Source of the DNA: Octopus sinensis
Lineage: Eukaryota
NCBI RefSeq assembly: GCF_006345805.1
Contig: NC_042998.1
Span: 13,516,001 to 13,580,000, forward strand
Length of the DNA stretch: 64,000 bases
Reading direction: 5' to 3'
A program made the position numbers and the translations under genes. Shown piece by piece: positions 24,769 through 39,624 of the stretch (position 1 is its first letter; the number at the start of each line of letters is the position of its first letter). A model generated the notes under the pieces. It was not told where the DNA came from. It ran no database searches and worked only from the letters and a program-made list of their open reading frames with translations.

Positions 24769-24875
24769 GTGTTTAGAGCCAGCTAGAGACGAAGATCTCT
24801 TGAGGCTATAAAGCTACAGTAACAACCCCCTCCCCAATGTGGTTAGCCACGATAAGATGGCTTCTATACTTTACA
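24769..24875 (+). repeat. ~105-bp direct repeat, right copy
   Basis: Matches 16377-16482. Confidence 0.9.
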
Positions 24876-25257
24876 ATAATTTATTATAAGCTATGTATTA
24901 TCCAAGACAGTATTTCATATAAAGTGGGATTAAAGTCCAGTGTTTTTCCGTAAACAATTTTGCAAATTCAGAATATCTTTTTAAAATGGTGAAGTACGGG
25001 ATTTCGAGTAATATCACATGTGGGTGTTCCTTTATATACTCTCTTGCGTATATACATCAATATATGAATACTTTTATCTGAGGAAAAATTGACACGTAAA
25101 AAAGGGAAATTTCTAAGAGTGTATGTTTCTTTTAGCAGCGGTAAAAGAATCATGTATTAGTGTTCGATGTTGAGGGCAAAAATTATATATTTGAGGAGTC
25201 ATAGGGAATCAGAAATGAGATGCTTTTATGCTAACGTCAGCGATTTTGTAGTGATAG

Positions 25258-25466
25258 TGTTGTGTGGACGCCCCCAGACGATGAAGTAAGCTAGCCCAAT
25301 ACGTAGATAGAGAAGGAGAAGCCTAGACGTCAGCAGTAGTAAAGTAACGGTGAGAGTTGAACAGAGAGAGAGACAGAGAGAACAGTTGAGTAGCAGTCAG
25401 AGTATAGTAGTTGAGAGCAGACCAGAATGGAGTTGAGTAGAGGTCATCCGAACGTGCGACGTAACA
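25258..25466 (-). mobile_element. LTR-like repeat (relative of 550-674)
   Basis: TGTT...AACA termini; both ends match 550-674 in reverse complement. Confidence 0.55.
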
Positions 25467-25493
25467 GATATGAAAATTCCGATAAACAATTGC

Positions 25494-25726
25494 TGTTTTT
25501 TTATTGCCCACAAAGGGGCTAAACATAGGGGGGACAAACTAGGACAGACAGACGGATTAAGTCGATTATATCGACCCCAGTGCGTAACTGGTACTTAATT
25601 TATCGACCCCTAAAGGATGAAAGGCAAAGTCGACCTCGGCAGAATTTGAACACAGTACGTAACAGCAGACGAAATATGGCTACGCATTTCGCCCGGCGTA
25701 CTAACATTTCTGCCAGCTCGCCACCT
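25494..25726 (-). mobile_element. Full-length SINE family C with 17-bp TSD
   Basis: Reverse complement of the 60223-type SINE. TTCCGATAAACAATTGC occurs at 25477-25493 and 25727-25743. Confidence 0.9.
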
Positions 25727-25837
25727 TTCCGATAAACAATTGCATTACGATCGCAGTATTCCCGTTTATGTTAGAAATGCAAATTTGTTTTCAATACTCT
25801 AATTATCACTGAACGAACATATTCATGCTACGTAATA

Positions 25838-26263
25838 GGGATCTTTTCGGTTTGAACGGCAGTTTTTATAAATAATTTCCACGTAACAAAACACTTTTGA
25901 ACTTCGTATACTGGTAGAATGTGTTTATAAAACATCTTTTTCTCTTGGCTTTATTGAGAAAATTCTTTACTTTATAAGATATTTGTTGTTGTTTTTTCTT
26001 CAATTTCTGCAATTTCAACCAATCAATGGCGTCTATTGACGTAAAAAACATTCTGTGCCGTATGGATATGTCCCTCGTTTAAGAAACAGAGTGAGTTTAT
26101 TTACATTTGTGAAGAAAAAAAGATACCCTTCCCCCACCCCTAAACGTAACCCTAACCCTAAAACAGATTGAAATGCAATAGATCGATACTAGGGTCATAA
26201 TTATGGGTGACAATTTCATATGACACCGCTAGAAAAAACTGCCGTTCAAACCGATAAGATCCC
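25838..26263. mobile_element. MITE (non-autonomous TIR element) with 6-bp TSD
   Basis: ~30-bp TIRs GGGATCTTTTCGGTTTGAACGGCAGTTTTT and AAAAACTGCCGTTCAAACCGATAAGATCCC. GTAATA flanks both sides. Confidence 0.9.
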
Positions 26264-29200
26264 GTAATAGAAATGACTTTCTACGATGTTTTTGAAATTA
26301 CATATCAAATATTAGTTTTGTAATTTTTAACAGGAAAATCAGAGTAAAAGTTTATATACTCTCAGTCTCATATAGATTATTTTATATTTTAAGGACTGAG
26401 CATCGAATTCCGTATTTTTGAACAGGCAAAAGGTGTTTGAACACGGATATATATCAGTGCATGATGCTCGCCAAGAAAACAAAATCCCACACTCATGTAT
26501 GCCTGAATACGTGTGAGTATATGTATAGTCATAACTGCTTGTGGTAATAAAGCAAATAATATTTGCCATAAAATACATGTTTGGTTCCCATTTGGAAGCG
26601 TATTCGTTTATGCCCGCACCATATGTAGCATATGAAATCTTTAGACGTATTGTACTAAACTTATCCTCACAATGATATTTAGATTTTCTTCCTTAGCCAA
26701 AAAAATATATAAGAAGCAAAAAAAATGCGCCTTGTAAAATAACATGTCAAATAAAATGCTTACAGATCTTTTCTTGCATTTCTCCAAATACATTTGATGT
26801 GAGCGTACAATACGTTGCATATGAAGTCGTTAGAGTCATTGTGCAAAGCTCTCAGTGCCTATTCAAGTAATGATATTTCTTTTCCTTTTCATTACTAACC
26901 AAACCGTAGTTGCGATATAATTTATCGATAAATGGATTTCCACGTTGGCAAAATAGAATGAAAGAATAAAGTAATAATTTTTAGAAGAAAAAAAAAGGTG
27001 TTTATTACATTGAGTTCCAAAGGAAGCATTAGAAACCGAGAGAGGCAGACAAATATTAAGAAATGTTCACCATCCTATTTCAAATTTCAGCATTTTATTT
27101 CAACTCTGTGACATTGGCAGTAAATTATATAACTTCAAGACATGATATTACAAGTATTTTCAATGTAATGCTGTACACGTTATTCCTTGCAGTCTTGACA
27201 TATAATACGATGATTGAGAATCAAATGAGAATTAGTAAAAAAAAAGATATAATTAAAAACAGAAAAGTAGGTTATAATGACTAAAGGAAAATAACTTCGG
27301 AAGAAATCGGATGCGTAAAATGAATAAAAAAATTACTATGGAACGAGGTGAATCTAAACATGTAACATGATAAGCAACGGCTATTTCTGAAAGCAGGTTA
27401 TTGATTCGTTCGCTTCATACATTGGCATCACAGAACATGTAATTCAATGTATGTTTATGTTACCATTAGAGTCGTCGAATTTCTCTGAATATTTATTTCA
27501 TTAATATATTTATATATATATATATATATTTTTTTTTTGCATATTTATTTAACAGTGATTTCGTTATTGATTCATGAGTGAACGCTTCATGCATAGACAT
27601 CCATACACATATTCCAATATACCAATATTAATTTGCATCCGCGTGAGAATCTTTATTTTGTTTTATGATTTCGTATCGTGTTTCAGAAAATTGCGTAAGA
27701 ATTCTTGCACAAGCAATTGCATATAGCATTTACTTATATCCTCTCGTCTCTCATCATACATAAGTCTATTCGTTCATGTTCTTTCCTATACTCATATGCA
27801 CACGAACATATATAAAGGAATAAAAGTAAACAACAATGTTTTTTTTTTACGCTGTAAAGGATTAATTAGATCGAAGAGTCGTGCGGATGCACCAGGTTTG
27901 GAAGATTGAGGTTATAATTGTTTTCATAAATACATGGCAGAATGTGTAAGAAATCTAGAGAAAAATCATTTTCAGTGCTAGGGTTGTCACGATTGTATAA
28001 TCACAGCTTATTAAGTGGATATTTCTTCCAATACAGTCCTTTAACACTGGACTTACATAATAGGAGAATTCATCCTATTCCAAGAACCAATTCTAAATCT
28101 ACGAAATGTAAATCTTTTTCAAATGTATAAGAAAGGTGCTAGTGTGTTACAGCGTACTACGTCGTAGGGAAACGCTTATTTCCCTACGGGTAACTTGTTG
28201 ACTGATGTCATTAGAAGATACTCATCATTTTTATGCTCTTTTATATTGTTACGTAGCAGGTGTAGTAACATGATTGTTCCCCAGCAACTAACACTGACAT
28301 TTAACATGCATATTTACATGTCAAAGCAGATCTTAACGAATATACATGTCAAGTCCTTCCTCTTCACATTCTCATATAGAAAGCTAAAAAAAATAATCGT
28401 GTTGCAATGTTAGATCAGTTGGGCAATTATCTCTCAGCGGGATCTAATCTAAATAGAATCAAAACACGCATGTATATATGGTATCTATTTAGAGTACAAG
28501 TCGTCATTAACACTAAAGCACAAGATTTAGCCCAGGTAAAATCAGTTGTATCTCTCAAATCCGATTCTACTGTCCACGACGGTAGTATTTTAGTTGGTAA
28601 TCAAGGCGACCAGCTGGAAGAATCATTAGTCTCCGTGTTGAGTCTGAGGACGCCTGGGAATATGAATGGAGGTATTGACTTGATGTTTAATTTTCATCAC
28701 TCTCAGTACATTTTCTCAGATTAACACCCAAATACTCTTACATGTTTGTATTGGACCTACCCGCGTTAATGCCAAGCAGTACAGTGCGTCCTTTCCAAAT
28801 TTCTGGCAGTGAATTAAGCCATGGTGTTTTTTTCACGGACGGTTCCCGTCTGACCCTACTATGCTGCTTAGTCGACAAAATCAAAAACAAATGATGCACA
28901 TCTGCGAAATTATAACTATAAACTGGCGACAATTTATCCATCGTACCCTGTATATTCACAACCAACGCATATATTTATTCCACATAAGGCGCCAAGGTGG
29001 TAAGTATAAATTAACTCTTTCTTTTCTCAAGGTACTTAAAATAAACTTATGCATATTTCACATAACGGTACAACAAAAATATATCGAGACATATCATATG
29101 CAAATGAAATCATTATGAAACACATCTGTTCAAGCACTGAGACTATAAAACTAACAACTCACACAACATATATTTTTGATATTTGACGCTCATTAATTTA

Positions 29201-32200
29201 ACACAAATAATGGATCTTCTAAATATTAATCTGATGATAAAGTACATATGAATGCATCAGGTATGTCAAGAAGATTTACGAGGAGGTAAAGCTGAATTTG
29301 AAAATGATTTTTAAATAATTGGTCAGCAGATTTATTTTTATGTACTAGCGAAACTAATTACCAAGTATAGCAGTCAGTCAGTTATAAAGTGAAGATATGA
29401 TTAAAAGTCGCAGATTTCTCCACTCAATATTTAATGAGAATGACACGTAAATGTATATAACGTGGAAACAGGAATTATTAGATTTGTCAGCAACAGTAAG
29501 TATACGAGAACTTTGTTTTTTTTTTCATATATCTACTCAATGAGATTGATCTCAACAAAAGGATAAAAGTTAGAAGTTTTACATAGAGAAATTGTGGGAA
29601 ATAAACGGTTTCTTTATCAATAATAAATCCTTAAAGCAACTGAAATCGAAGCAGGAAAATTAATTGATAAACAATATAAAGGAAAGGAAAATGTAGGAAT
29701 TTAAAAATATTTCAACAAATTACTCGTGATGAATTATGAGATGGATTCTTTCAAAAGATAATACCAGGCCATCTACCAACCTGACGTTATCTTATCAAGA
29801 ATGACGTAAACATTAATTACAAACCAATGCAACATTAAACCCTTATGAGTTCGACTGACAATTATTAACAGCGATGATTACAGTTCCTCAAAAATAAATT
29901 CTTTCTACTATACGCACAAGTCTAAAAACTTTTAAGCGGGTTGGCTAATCGATTATATCGACTTCAGTGCTGAAATGGTTCGTATTTTATCGGCCCTGAA
30001 AGTATGAACTGAGAAAGTCAACGTGGGTGGAATTTGAACTTAGTATTGACGGACGGGCCATAGATGATATATATTTTGTCAAGGTGTGCTAGCGAATCTG
30101 CTAGCACACCTAGCCGCTTTCTTCTTGAATAACAATAATGCATAGTATCAGCAGAAGAAAACAAGTCGAACGCCAAAAACAAAAGTAAAGATTTAGTTAA
30201 ATAACACAACCCGAAATTACCAACCCAGAAAAAGTTCATAATGATACGCATGGCAGTGGCAGATATGATTATCGTAAAGATGTTTCATAAGTGTAACCGT
30301 TGTGGTGAAAATGAGGAACACACAATCTTGGCATTCCTAAATGAAGAGAAATTTCACAAATTGCAGACCCTTCACGAGCTTTCTTATAATCTACAAATTC
30401 TTAATTGGCATCATACTACCGATGATCAATTAAAATATCAATAATAACAATGTCATTCTAGAATATCAGTACGTAAGCTGAGAATTAACGTTTAACACGA
30501 AATTTCAATTATTAATTAATAATGTCCTGATCAATGATTAAAAGAAGGAATTTACAGAATGCATTTTATTGCGTCCCTCCATCTTAAATGTTGAAAATAT
30601 ACATCATGATTTTCAATTGTTAAACTACAGCGAGATACGTCCAACATTTCCTTAGGAAATTACAAAGTCGAATAAAGTTACATCGACCCAAGTGCTCAAC
30701 TAGTCCTTATTCTATCGATCTCCAAATGATGAAAGGCGAAGTCGACCCCAGCTGTTTCTGTCAGAACTTATAAAAGGACTTTCGGTGTGCCAACGATTCT
30801 GACATATCACGGCCTGATTGAACTCATATATATTAAAGAGACATAAGATATATATATATAACAGTCCATCAGCATACGGTCAATGTCATGCTCAAATAGA
30901 AAGTATCATTCTCTATTTCTAGACAGTGAATAATAAAAAATTACATTCGTGGTCTTACTGAGAAGTTTAAAAATCATATCAAGGATTTATTTATCACTGC
31001 CATATATGTATTAGTGATACATTACTCTGCATAGTACGAAGTTTATTGCTTATAAACAAATTATGTGCTATAAAATTTTAAACAATTAAATCTATATTAT
31101 TTGGAAAATCTTTGCCTGCCCGTACATCATTCATTTATTTTTTACATGAATTCATCCGATATGAAAATATATATCGTATTAAACTAAGGAAACAAAGTGA
31201 ATGAAGAAGAGTGAAGAAATAATAAATTAATGTATTAAGTTAGATTTATAATACTAAATTACGAACTAGCAATGAACAAGTGTAGCATTTATGTAAAAGA
31301 AGATATATTAAAGCAGACCACTTAACGAGAAGAGTTAAGAGGAATGCTATTGACTATTCAGCCTGTTGTTAAACACTGCTGTAAAAAGAGTGTGTATAAA
31401 TTCAATGCCAACTACTGGTGCTAAGTATTTTATTTTGGAACTGAAATTAATAGAATAATTTAAAGATAAATTATCCAGGGTCATTGTAACCCATTATCCG
31501 TAATTAGACATAAATATAATAATACTGCTCAGAATACTTAGAGAAATGTGATTAATATTGGCTTCAAATTGGACGCAAGGGAATCAGATTCGAGAGAGGA
31601 TGTAAGTAGGTTATATAGACACCAGTACTCAACTGGTCCTCATTTTATCCATCCCGAAAGAGTAAAAGGCAAAGTCGACCTGGGCAGAAGCTGAACTGAA
31701 TACGTGAAGGTGGACGAAATGCTACTAAGTATTTTGTTCGGCGTGTTTCGGATTCTTCCAGCTGACGCTTTGAATGATGGTCATTAATATCAAGATGAAA
31801 AGCAACTTCATTTATATGTAAACACAGAAAACTGACGAACGTGATAACGAAACATATTTTGAGAAATTGTAGTATGAACTTCACACTAAAATAGCATTAA
31901 CATGTTATAGAAAAAAATGAGTACTAGCTTTACCATATTGCATCACCACCAATATTTGCTGTTAAAAGATGTGCTTGATAAATGTTATGATGCCTTAATA
32001 GTAATGAAAATGCTATCTTGTCAATTCTTTTAATAATTCCTATTACCTTTATCACATTTACCAGAAGAAAATGCCATGTCACATAAACTAGTCACAGAGA
32101 TATTGATTTATAACAATAAACAGGTAGTAATAACTGTTTAATCATGGCTAACGACAGTTATACTTCAACTCGAACGCGACTTTAAAACATCGCGTACCAG

Positions 32201-32319
32201 GTCTAAGCCTTTTGTCTAAGCCTTATTCAATATGAAACTGGCTGGTGCAATATAAAATATATAACGAGTAACAACGAACATTAATCAGCAAGCTCTTGAA
32301 CAATTGCAAATACTGCAAG

Positions 32320-32765
32320 GATACTACTACTACTACTACTACAAATACTACAACTACAACCAGCACCACCACTACTACAACTACTACTACTACTACTAAT
32401 GATAATAATAATAATACCATTACAGCTGCTGCTACTGATATTATCAATACTCCCCTCCTACTACTACTACTACCACCACCTACTACTACTACTACTACTA
32501 CTACTACAACTACCACCACCACCACACCACCACCATCACCACCACTACTACTAAACTTCTAATAATAATAATAATAATAATACCACTACAGCTGCTGCTA
32601 CTGATATTATCAATACTCCTCCTCCTCCTTCTACTACTACTACTACCACCACAACCACCACTACAGCTGCTACTACTACTACTACTATTATTAATACTAC
32701 AGTTGCTGGTGTTACTTTTCAACTACTAATATTGCTACTAAGATAATAACAATAATAATAGTATT
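32320..32765. repeat. Compound trinucleotide microsatellite (ACT/ACC/AAT) with internal duplication
   Basis: Visible repeat. The unit tacca(t/c)tacagctgctgctactgatattatcaatactcc occurs twice (about 32414 and 32581). Confidence 0.9.
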
Positions 32766-33544
32766 GATAAATATATAAAAAAATACAGGACTGCGAATGT
32801 TTAAATTGGGAACCTCATCTCTTAGAAAAACAAAGTGTCAGTTCATTAATCCGGGTCTTTAATCATTTATCTAAAAACTCTGCCACTTGAAATTGGATTA
32901 AAATAAAGCGGCAATTAACTTCCAATAGCTATACCTAGTTCTGTTGTTTTACACTTTTATATTTTCATTCTTTTTTATTGTATCCACTTTTACTTCATTT
33001 CAGCTGGATGTTGAAATAGTTGTATCACATTTTATAGTAACTGATTCCTGTCCAAAGTAATTTAGCTTTCGTAGAAAACAAACCTGCTCAAAATGATAAT
33101 GTGAACAGAAAAATATAAAAAAAAAACACGAAGCATACCCGGCTCTCATTATATTGCACCTTCCACTTCAAACCGAACAAGGCTGTAATGGTTTCCGGGA
33201 ATATTAATTTTACTTCCAAATATCTATTTTTATTATAGTTATTTTTTTAACCAGTTGTTTCTAAGGCTCTGCTTTCCTTATTTATTTACGGTTTTTTTTC
33301 TTCCTTCCTCTCAAAGATCATTAATGGTTAATTAATTTTATCACTAAAATTCCATACACCATTCTAACTTGCAATGGAACGAAGCTACGTCGCTCGATGA
33401 ATGGTCAGTTTATTTATCAATAATTTAGCAGAATCGGAAGAATGAATGCTTTGGAATTGCTAGCTGAATTTCCGCTTCAGAAAAAGGATGGTACGTGGAT
33501 CCATTCACAGTTGCTTTGAATTGATACCTGGTGGTTTTTTTATA

Positions 33545-33823
33545 CATGCATGCATTTATATAATATATTATATATATATATATATTATATAATATATGCA
33601 TATATATATGCATATATGTATATATATATATATATATATATGCATATATGTATATATGCATATATGTATATATATATTATATATATATATATGCATATAT
33701 GTATATATATATATATATGCATATATGTATATATATATATATGCATATATGTATATATATATATATATATATTGTATATATATATATATATATGCATATA
33801 TGTATATATATATATAATATGCA

Positions 33824-33854
<31 letters not shown>

Positions 33855-35401
33855 GCATATATGTATATATATATATATATTATATATATATGCATATATG
33901 TATATATATATATATATATATATGCATATATGTGTATATATTATATATATATCATATATGTGTATATATATATATATATTATGCATATGTATATATATAT
34001 ATATATTATATATATATATATATATATTTATATATGTAATATATATATATGTATATATATATGTATATATATATGTATATATATGTATATATATATGTAT
34101 ATATATGTATATATATATATGTATATATATATGTATATATATATGTATATATATATGTATGTATATATATATGTATATATATATGTATGTATATATATAT
34201 GTATATATGTATATATATATATGTATATATATATGTATATATGTAGTATATATATATGTATATATATATGTATGTATATATATATGTATGTATATATATA
34301 TGTATATATGTTATATTATATGTATGTATATATATATGTATATTGTTATATATATATGTATATATGTTATATATATATATGTATATATATATGTATGTAT
34401 ATATGTATATATATATATGTATATATATATGTATGTATATATGTATATATATATGTATATATATATGTATGTATATGTATATATATATATGTATATATAT
34501 ATGTATTATGATGTATATATGTATATATATATATGTATATATATATGTATATATATATGCATATATATATATGTATATATATATGTATATATATATGTAT
34601 ATTATATATGTATATATATATATGTATATATATATGTATATATATATGCATATATATATATGTATATATATATGTATATTATAGTGCAATATATATATGT
34701 ATATATTATGTATATATATATGCATATATATATATGTATATATATATGCATATATATATATGTATATATATATGCATATATATATATGTATATATATATG
34801 TATATATATATGCATATATATATGTTATATATATGTATATATATGTATATATATATATGTATATATATATGTATATATATATGTATATATATGTATGTGT
34901 ATATATATATATATGTAATATATATATGTGTATATATATATATGTGTATATATATATGTGTATATATATATGTGTATATATATATGGTATATATATATGT
35001 GTATATATATATGTGTATATATAATATGTGTATATATATATGGTATATATATATGTGTATATATATATGTGTATATATATATGTGTATATATATGTGTAT
35101 ATATATATATATGTATATATATATATGTATATATATGTATATATATGTATATATATATGTATATATATGTATATATATATATGTATATATATATATATGT
35201 ATATATATATATGTATATATATATATATGTATATATATGTATGTATATATATGTATATTTATATATGTATATATATATATGTATATATATGTATGTATAT
35301 ATATGTATATTTATATATGTATATGTATATTTATATATGTATATTTATATATGTATATGTATATGTATATGTATATTTATATATGTATATGTATATATAT
35401 G

Positions 35402-35440
<39 letters not shown>

Positions 35441-36360
35441 GTGTATATATATATATATATGTGTATATATATATAATATATGTGTATATATAATATGTGT
35501 ATATATATATATGTATATATATATATGTGTATTATATATATGTGTATATATATATATGTGTATATATATATATGTGTGTATATATGTGTATATATATAAT
35601 ATGTGTGTATATATATATGTGTATATATATCTATCTATGTATATATTATGTATATATATATGTATGTATATATGTATATATATGTATATATGTATATGTA
35701 ATATATGTATGTTATTATATATATATATGTATATATATATATATGTATGTATGTATATATATATAGTAATATATATATATGTATGTATGTATATATGTAT
35801 GTATGTATATATATGTATGTATGTATGTATAATATATATATGTATTATATATATTATGTATGTATATATATATATGTATAGATATATATATATATATATG
35901 TATGTATGTATATATATATATGTGTATATATATATGTATATATATATATATATGTATATATATGTATATGTATATGTGTAATATATATATGTATATATAT
36001 ATATATTGTATATATATGTATATGTAATATGTATATATATATATTGTATATATATATATGTATATATATATATATACATACACATATATATGTATTATAT
36101 ATATACACTATATATGTATATATATATATGTGTATATATATGTGTATATATATATATATGTACATATATATGTATATATATATATATATGAATATATATA
36201 TATATATGTGTGTGTGTATATATATATATATATATACATACATATATATATATGTGTGTGTGTGTGTGTATGAAAGTATGTATGTGCCTTGGTGTGCGTC
36301 TGTGTGAGTGTGTGTATGTGACTCTGTGTGCGTGTGTGAGTCTGGTATGCGTGTGTGTGT
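33545..36360. repeat. ~2.8-kb (TA)n/(TATG)n/(TG)n low-complexity array
   Basis: Visible repeat; generates the 647-aa YI/C/M pseudo-ORF. Confidence 0.97.
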
Positions 36361-37194
36361 GTCGCTCTCATTTTTAACTCGTAATACGACTTCAACATTT
36401 TATTATCGGTTCATCGTTTTCATCAGCAAGTTTAGTTCTTCTATTTTCTATTACTTCCAACTATTGTTCCTGTTTTTAATTTCGTTTTCTATTTCCATCT
36501 CAGTTTTTTTTTTTTTTTTTTTTTCATTATCTGATCAATAAACCAAGTGGAATAATTGATCGCATTTCATTCGATCCTTCATCCTTTTATGAATTTATTA
36601 CTGCACATCAGTTTGACAAAATGCACTATCAGAATAAAGAGGAGAGGCAATTTCAAACATGATACATGTGAAAAAATTAGGTACTCGGCAACTGAGACAA
36701 TATAATGTCAGCAACGTTATCTGGAGAAGATGAAGTAATGTGCTCAATACATTTGGGATTGAATTTACATCAATTAAATAGACATGGTTTAATGAATATT
36801 CATTTCCGATGTCTGTACTCATATCCTGCCGGGGAAATTTGGAGCCTAAAGCTATGGAAATGGGTCTTCCTTATTCGATAACCGCCCTAGGTTTAATTTT
36901 CCAAGTTACAGAACAATATTTTACCACATTAGGCTTAAATATTTCAGTTTGACAAAAATTATTTTCTACAGAAACCTCTAAATATTAGTAAAATATTGCA
37001 TCTCCGAGAAACCCTTTTATTATACTGATAGTGACGGCGTGTAAATGAAAGTGTCTTTTGCTTCACAATATCAAGGACAATGCGGAAAAATTAAACTTTT
37101 GATGAAAATTCTGGAAAATTTGTTTAGTAAAGCAGTGTCATGCTATTGAGAAAATATACACCAACATTAATGTAAGACTTAAAGACATGTATTC

Positions 37195-37407
37195 TTTATT
37201 TGTTTCAGTCATTTGACTGTGGCCACGCTGGAGCACCGCCTTCACTCGAGCAAATTGACCCCCGGGGTTATTCTTTGTAAGCCTAGTACTTATTCTATCT
37301 GTCTTTTTTGCCGAACTGCTAAGTTACGGGGACGTAAACTCACCAGCATCGGTTGTCAAGCGATCTTGGGGAGACAAACACAAACACAGAAACATATACA
37401 CACACAT

Positions 37408-37440
<33 letters not shown>

Positions 37441-37568
37441 CATATATAAGACGGGCTTCTTTCAGTTTCCGTCTACCAAAGACATTTGCCCAAGGTGCCA
37501 CTCGGTGGGACTGAACCCGGAACCATGTGGTTGATAAGCAAGTTACTTACCACACAGCCACTCCTCCC
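37195..37568 (-). mobile_element. SINE family A
   Basis: Reverse complement of the 1174-type SINE with an internal deletion. Confidence 0.85.
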
Positions 37569-37581
37569 CTAAATGTGTAAC

Positions 37582-37685
37582 ACTTACAGCACCTAGGTTT
37601 CCCAAGCGGTCAGCCATCTAAGTACTAAGTAGTCTCGACGTTGCTTAACTTCGGTGATCGGACGAGAACCGGTGCTTTCAACGTG
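37582..37685 (-). pseudogene. 5S rRNA pseudogene (5'-truncated/diverged)
   Basis: Minus strand reads cacgttgaaagcaccggttctcgtccgatcaccgaagttaagcaacgtcgagactacttagtacttagatggctgaccgcttgggaaacctaggtgctgtaag. This matches metazoan 5S rRNA from about nt 15 to the 3' end. Confidence 0.9.
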
Positions 37686-39442
37686 AAGGTGTGGAAATCA
37701 TATATACTAGCTGGGAAATATCATGATTAATTATAAAAGTTATTGAAAACAAAATGTAGCATAAGCACAGGAATTAAGGATACGATAGAATAAGTGCTAT
37801 AGCTACCGCTTTATTCAATAACGCCTCTGGCATTTATGCACTGTATAACTTTTCAAATTTTATCTACGGTTCTCTAATCTGGACTATCCTCTCCTACATC
37901 TTGGTGAGCAAATGTCATCGGCACTTCTCTAAAGTTGTTCTTTTTTTTATTATTTTGCTGTAATTAACCTTAGTGTTCTAGGTTGGAGTGTTGACTCGAC
38001 ACAAACATCGTTTCACCTTTTACCAGCGATAGTCCAGATTCGTTCTATCCCTATCGTTTAACCTGCTCAGCATGGAGACCACACTAGGAACCTGCGCTCC
38101 GTTGGTGTAGCTTCGCAGAGCCATTGAACCACAAATGCAACGACAACGTTACAAGAACTATATCTAGTGGTAGAAATATTATAGGAATACGTCGTTCCAG
38201 TGTCATAATAGGATAATAATTTTTGTTATGTTTACAGATGTAGGAGAATTAAAGTCATCGTTGGCCTTGAATTGCTCATTCATTATTGCGATCTCATTTT
38301 TGATCAAAAGATATTAAACGTATATGTGCATACTTTTCATTTTTGCTACAAGGGTTAACTAATATTGTCATATTAATTCATTCTGTAGAGTTAAATAAAA
38401 TGAGTTTTAAAGTAACTGAGAACATATCCGAGATCTTTGAGCGTTTTCTCTATAATAGGAGACACATTCTTTACCACATATTACATTCAATATTAAATTG
38501 CTAGAAAAATATATTAATATCTCATTGACTTGATATTTGCAAAGAAATGGATTTCAATTTCATTTTTTCATTTTTCTCTTCGCTATGAAAAATAAACTCA
38601 GCTACAGAAACAATTCACAAGGAGATAGATAATTGCTGTTTCGTATGAGAAATATAAGTGAATAGTGCACTGCGTATTCAAATAGAAATAAATAAGAAAT
38701 ATTATACGGTAGTCGGCATTACACCACATGATATATTTCCCTGCAGCCGTTCATTGTTTATTGGAATCTGTAACGCTAAACCACACACGATTTAGTTGCT
38801 ATATTCAATAAGAAAAATATGAATAATCAAATGTAAACAATGGTATTATGTTATTATTTGCAAATACGATTAGGTAAAGTGCATTATAACTGTTTCCTAT
38901 TAAAAATTTTCGATTCCGCTACATGTCATGCAATTATTGAACAGCACGCAAAAGCATCATATCTTTGATGACAAAAATATACAGAAAATTATTAAGAATA
39001 GATACACGCGCATCGTTCATGAACATGAACATATACTTGGAATTAAAGCTATCATCCGAAATGACATTAATATCCATAAATGTACAGCGCAGCTGCGGAT
39101 TTATAACTGATAACGTTTCTAAGTAACAACCCTTTTCGAATGGCAGGATGTAAAACATTACATATGCGTTCGTAATTTAATAATTACATTTTTAAAACAT
39201 TACATTATAGAAAAAACCGGTTCCAGAGCATTCGGCTTATATTTGCTGTATGCCATTCATCAACATTGGAGGGAATTTACTAGAGCGAAACCCATTTTAT
39301 TCAAGTAGTCGTCGAGAATGGTCAGGTCGAGCTGATCATATGAGAAAATAATGTTATCCTAAGTACTGAGAATTGTGTTCACAACACTCCTGCATCGGCA
39401 AGAGAGCGGAACGCAGAGGAAATCAGTGCACCGAAAACTTCC

Positions 39443-39542
39443 GACGACGACGACAACGACAACAACAACAGCAGCAGCAATGATGATGATAATAATAATA
39501 ATATAATAATAACAACAACAACAACAACAACAACACAACAAC

Positions 39543-39610
<68 letters not shown>

Positions 39611-39624
39611 AATAATAATAATAA
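39443..39624. repeat. (AAC)n/(AAT)n microsatellite
   Basis: Visible repeat. Confidence 0.95.

Noticed and set aside
24838-24862. Pistol-ribozyme-like start (GTGGTTAGCCACGATAA) in the direct repeat
   Set aside because: Only the first hairpin is similar; I could not find the pseudoknot partner or the downstream conserved elements.
16377-24875. 105-bp direct repeats as LTRs of an LTR retrotransposon
   Set aside because: The enclosed ORFs are APE-RT non-LTR type with their own TSDs. There is no integrase, protease or PBS.
33550-35493. 647-aa ORF and overlapping Y/I/C/M-rich ORFs (also at 4.6-5.2 kb and 14.6-15.1 kb)
   Set aside because: Translations of stop-free (TA)n/(TATG)n microsatellite; no coding signal.
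36598-36822. 74-aa ORF with a hydrophobic STLLHLLQITL segment as a possible host exon
   Set aside because: No recognisable family motif and no supporting neighbouring exons.
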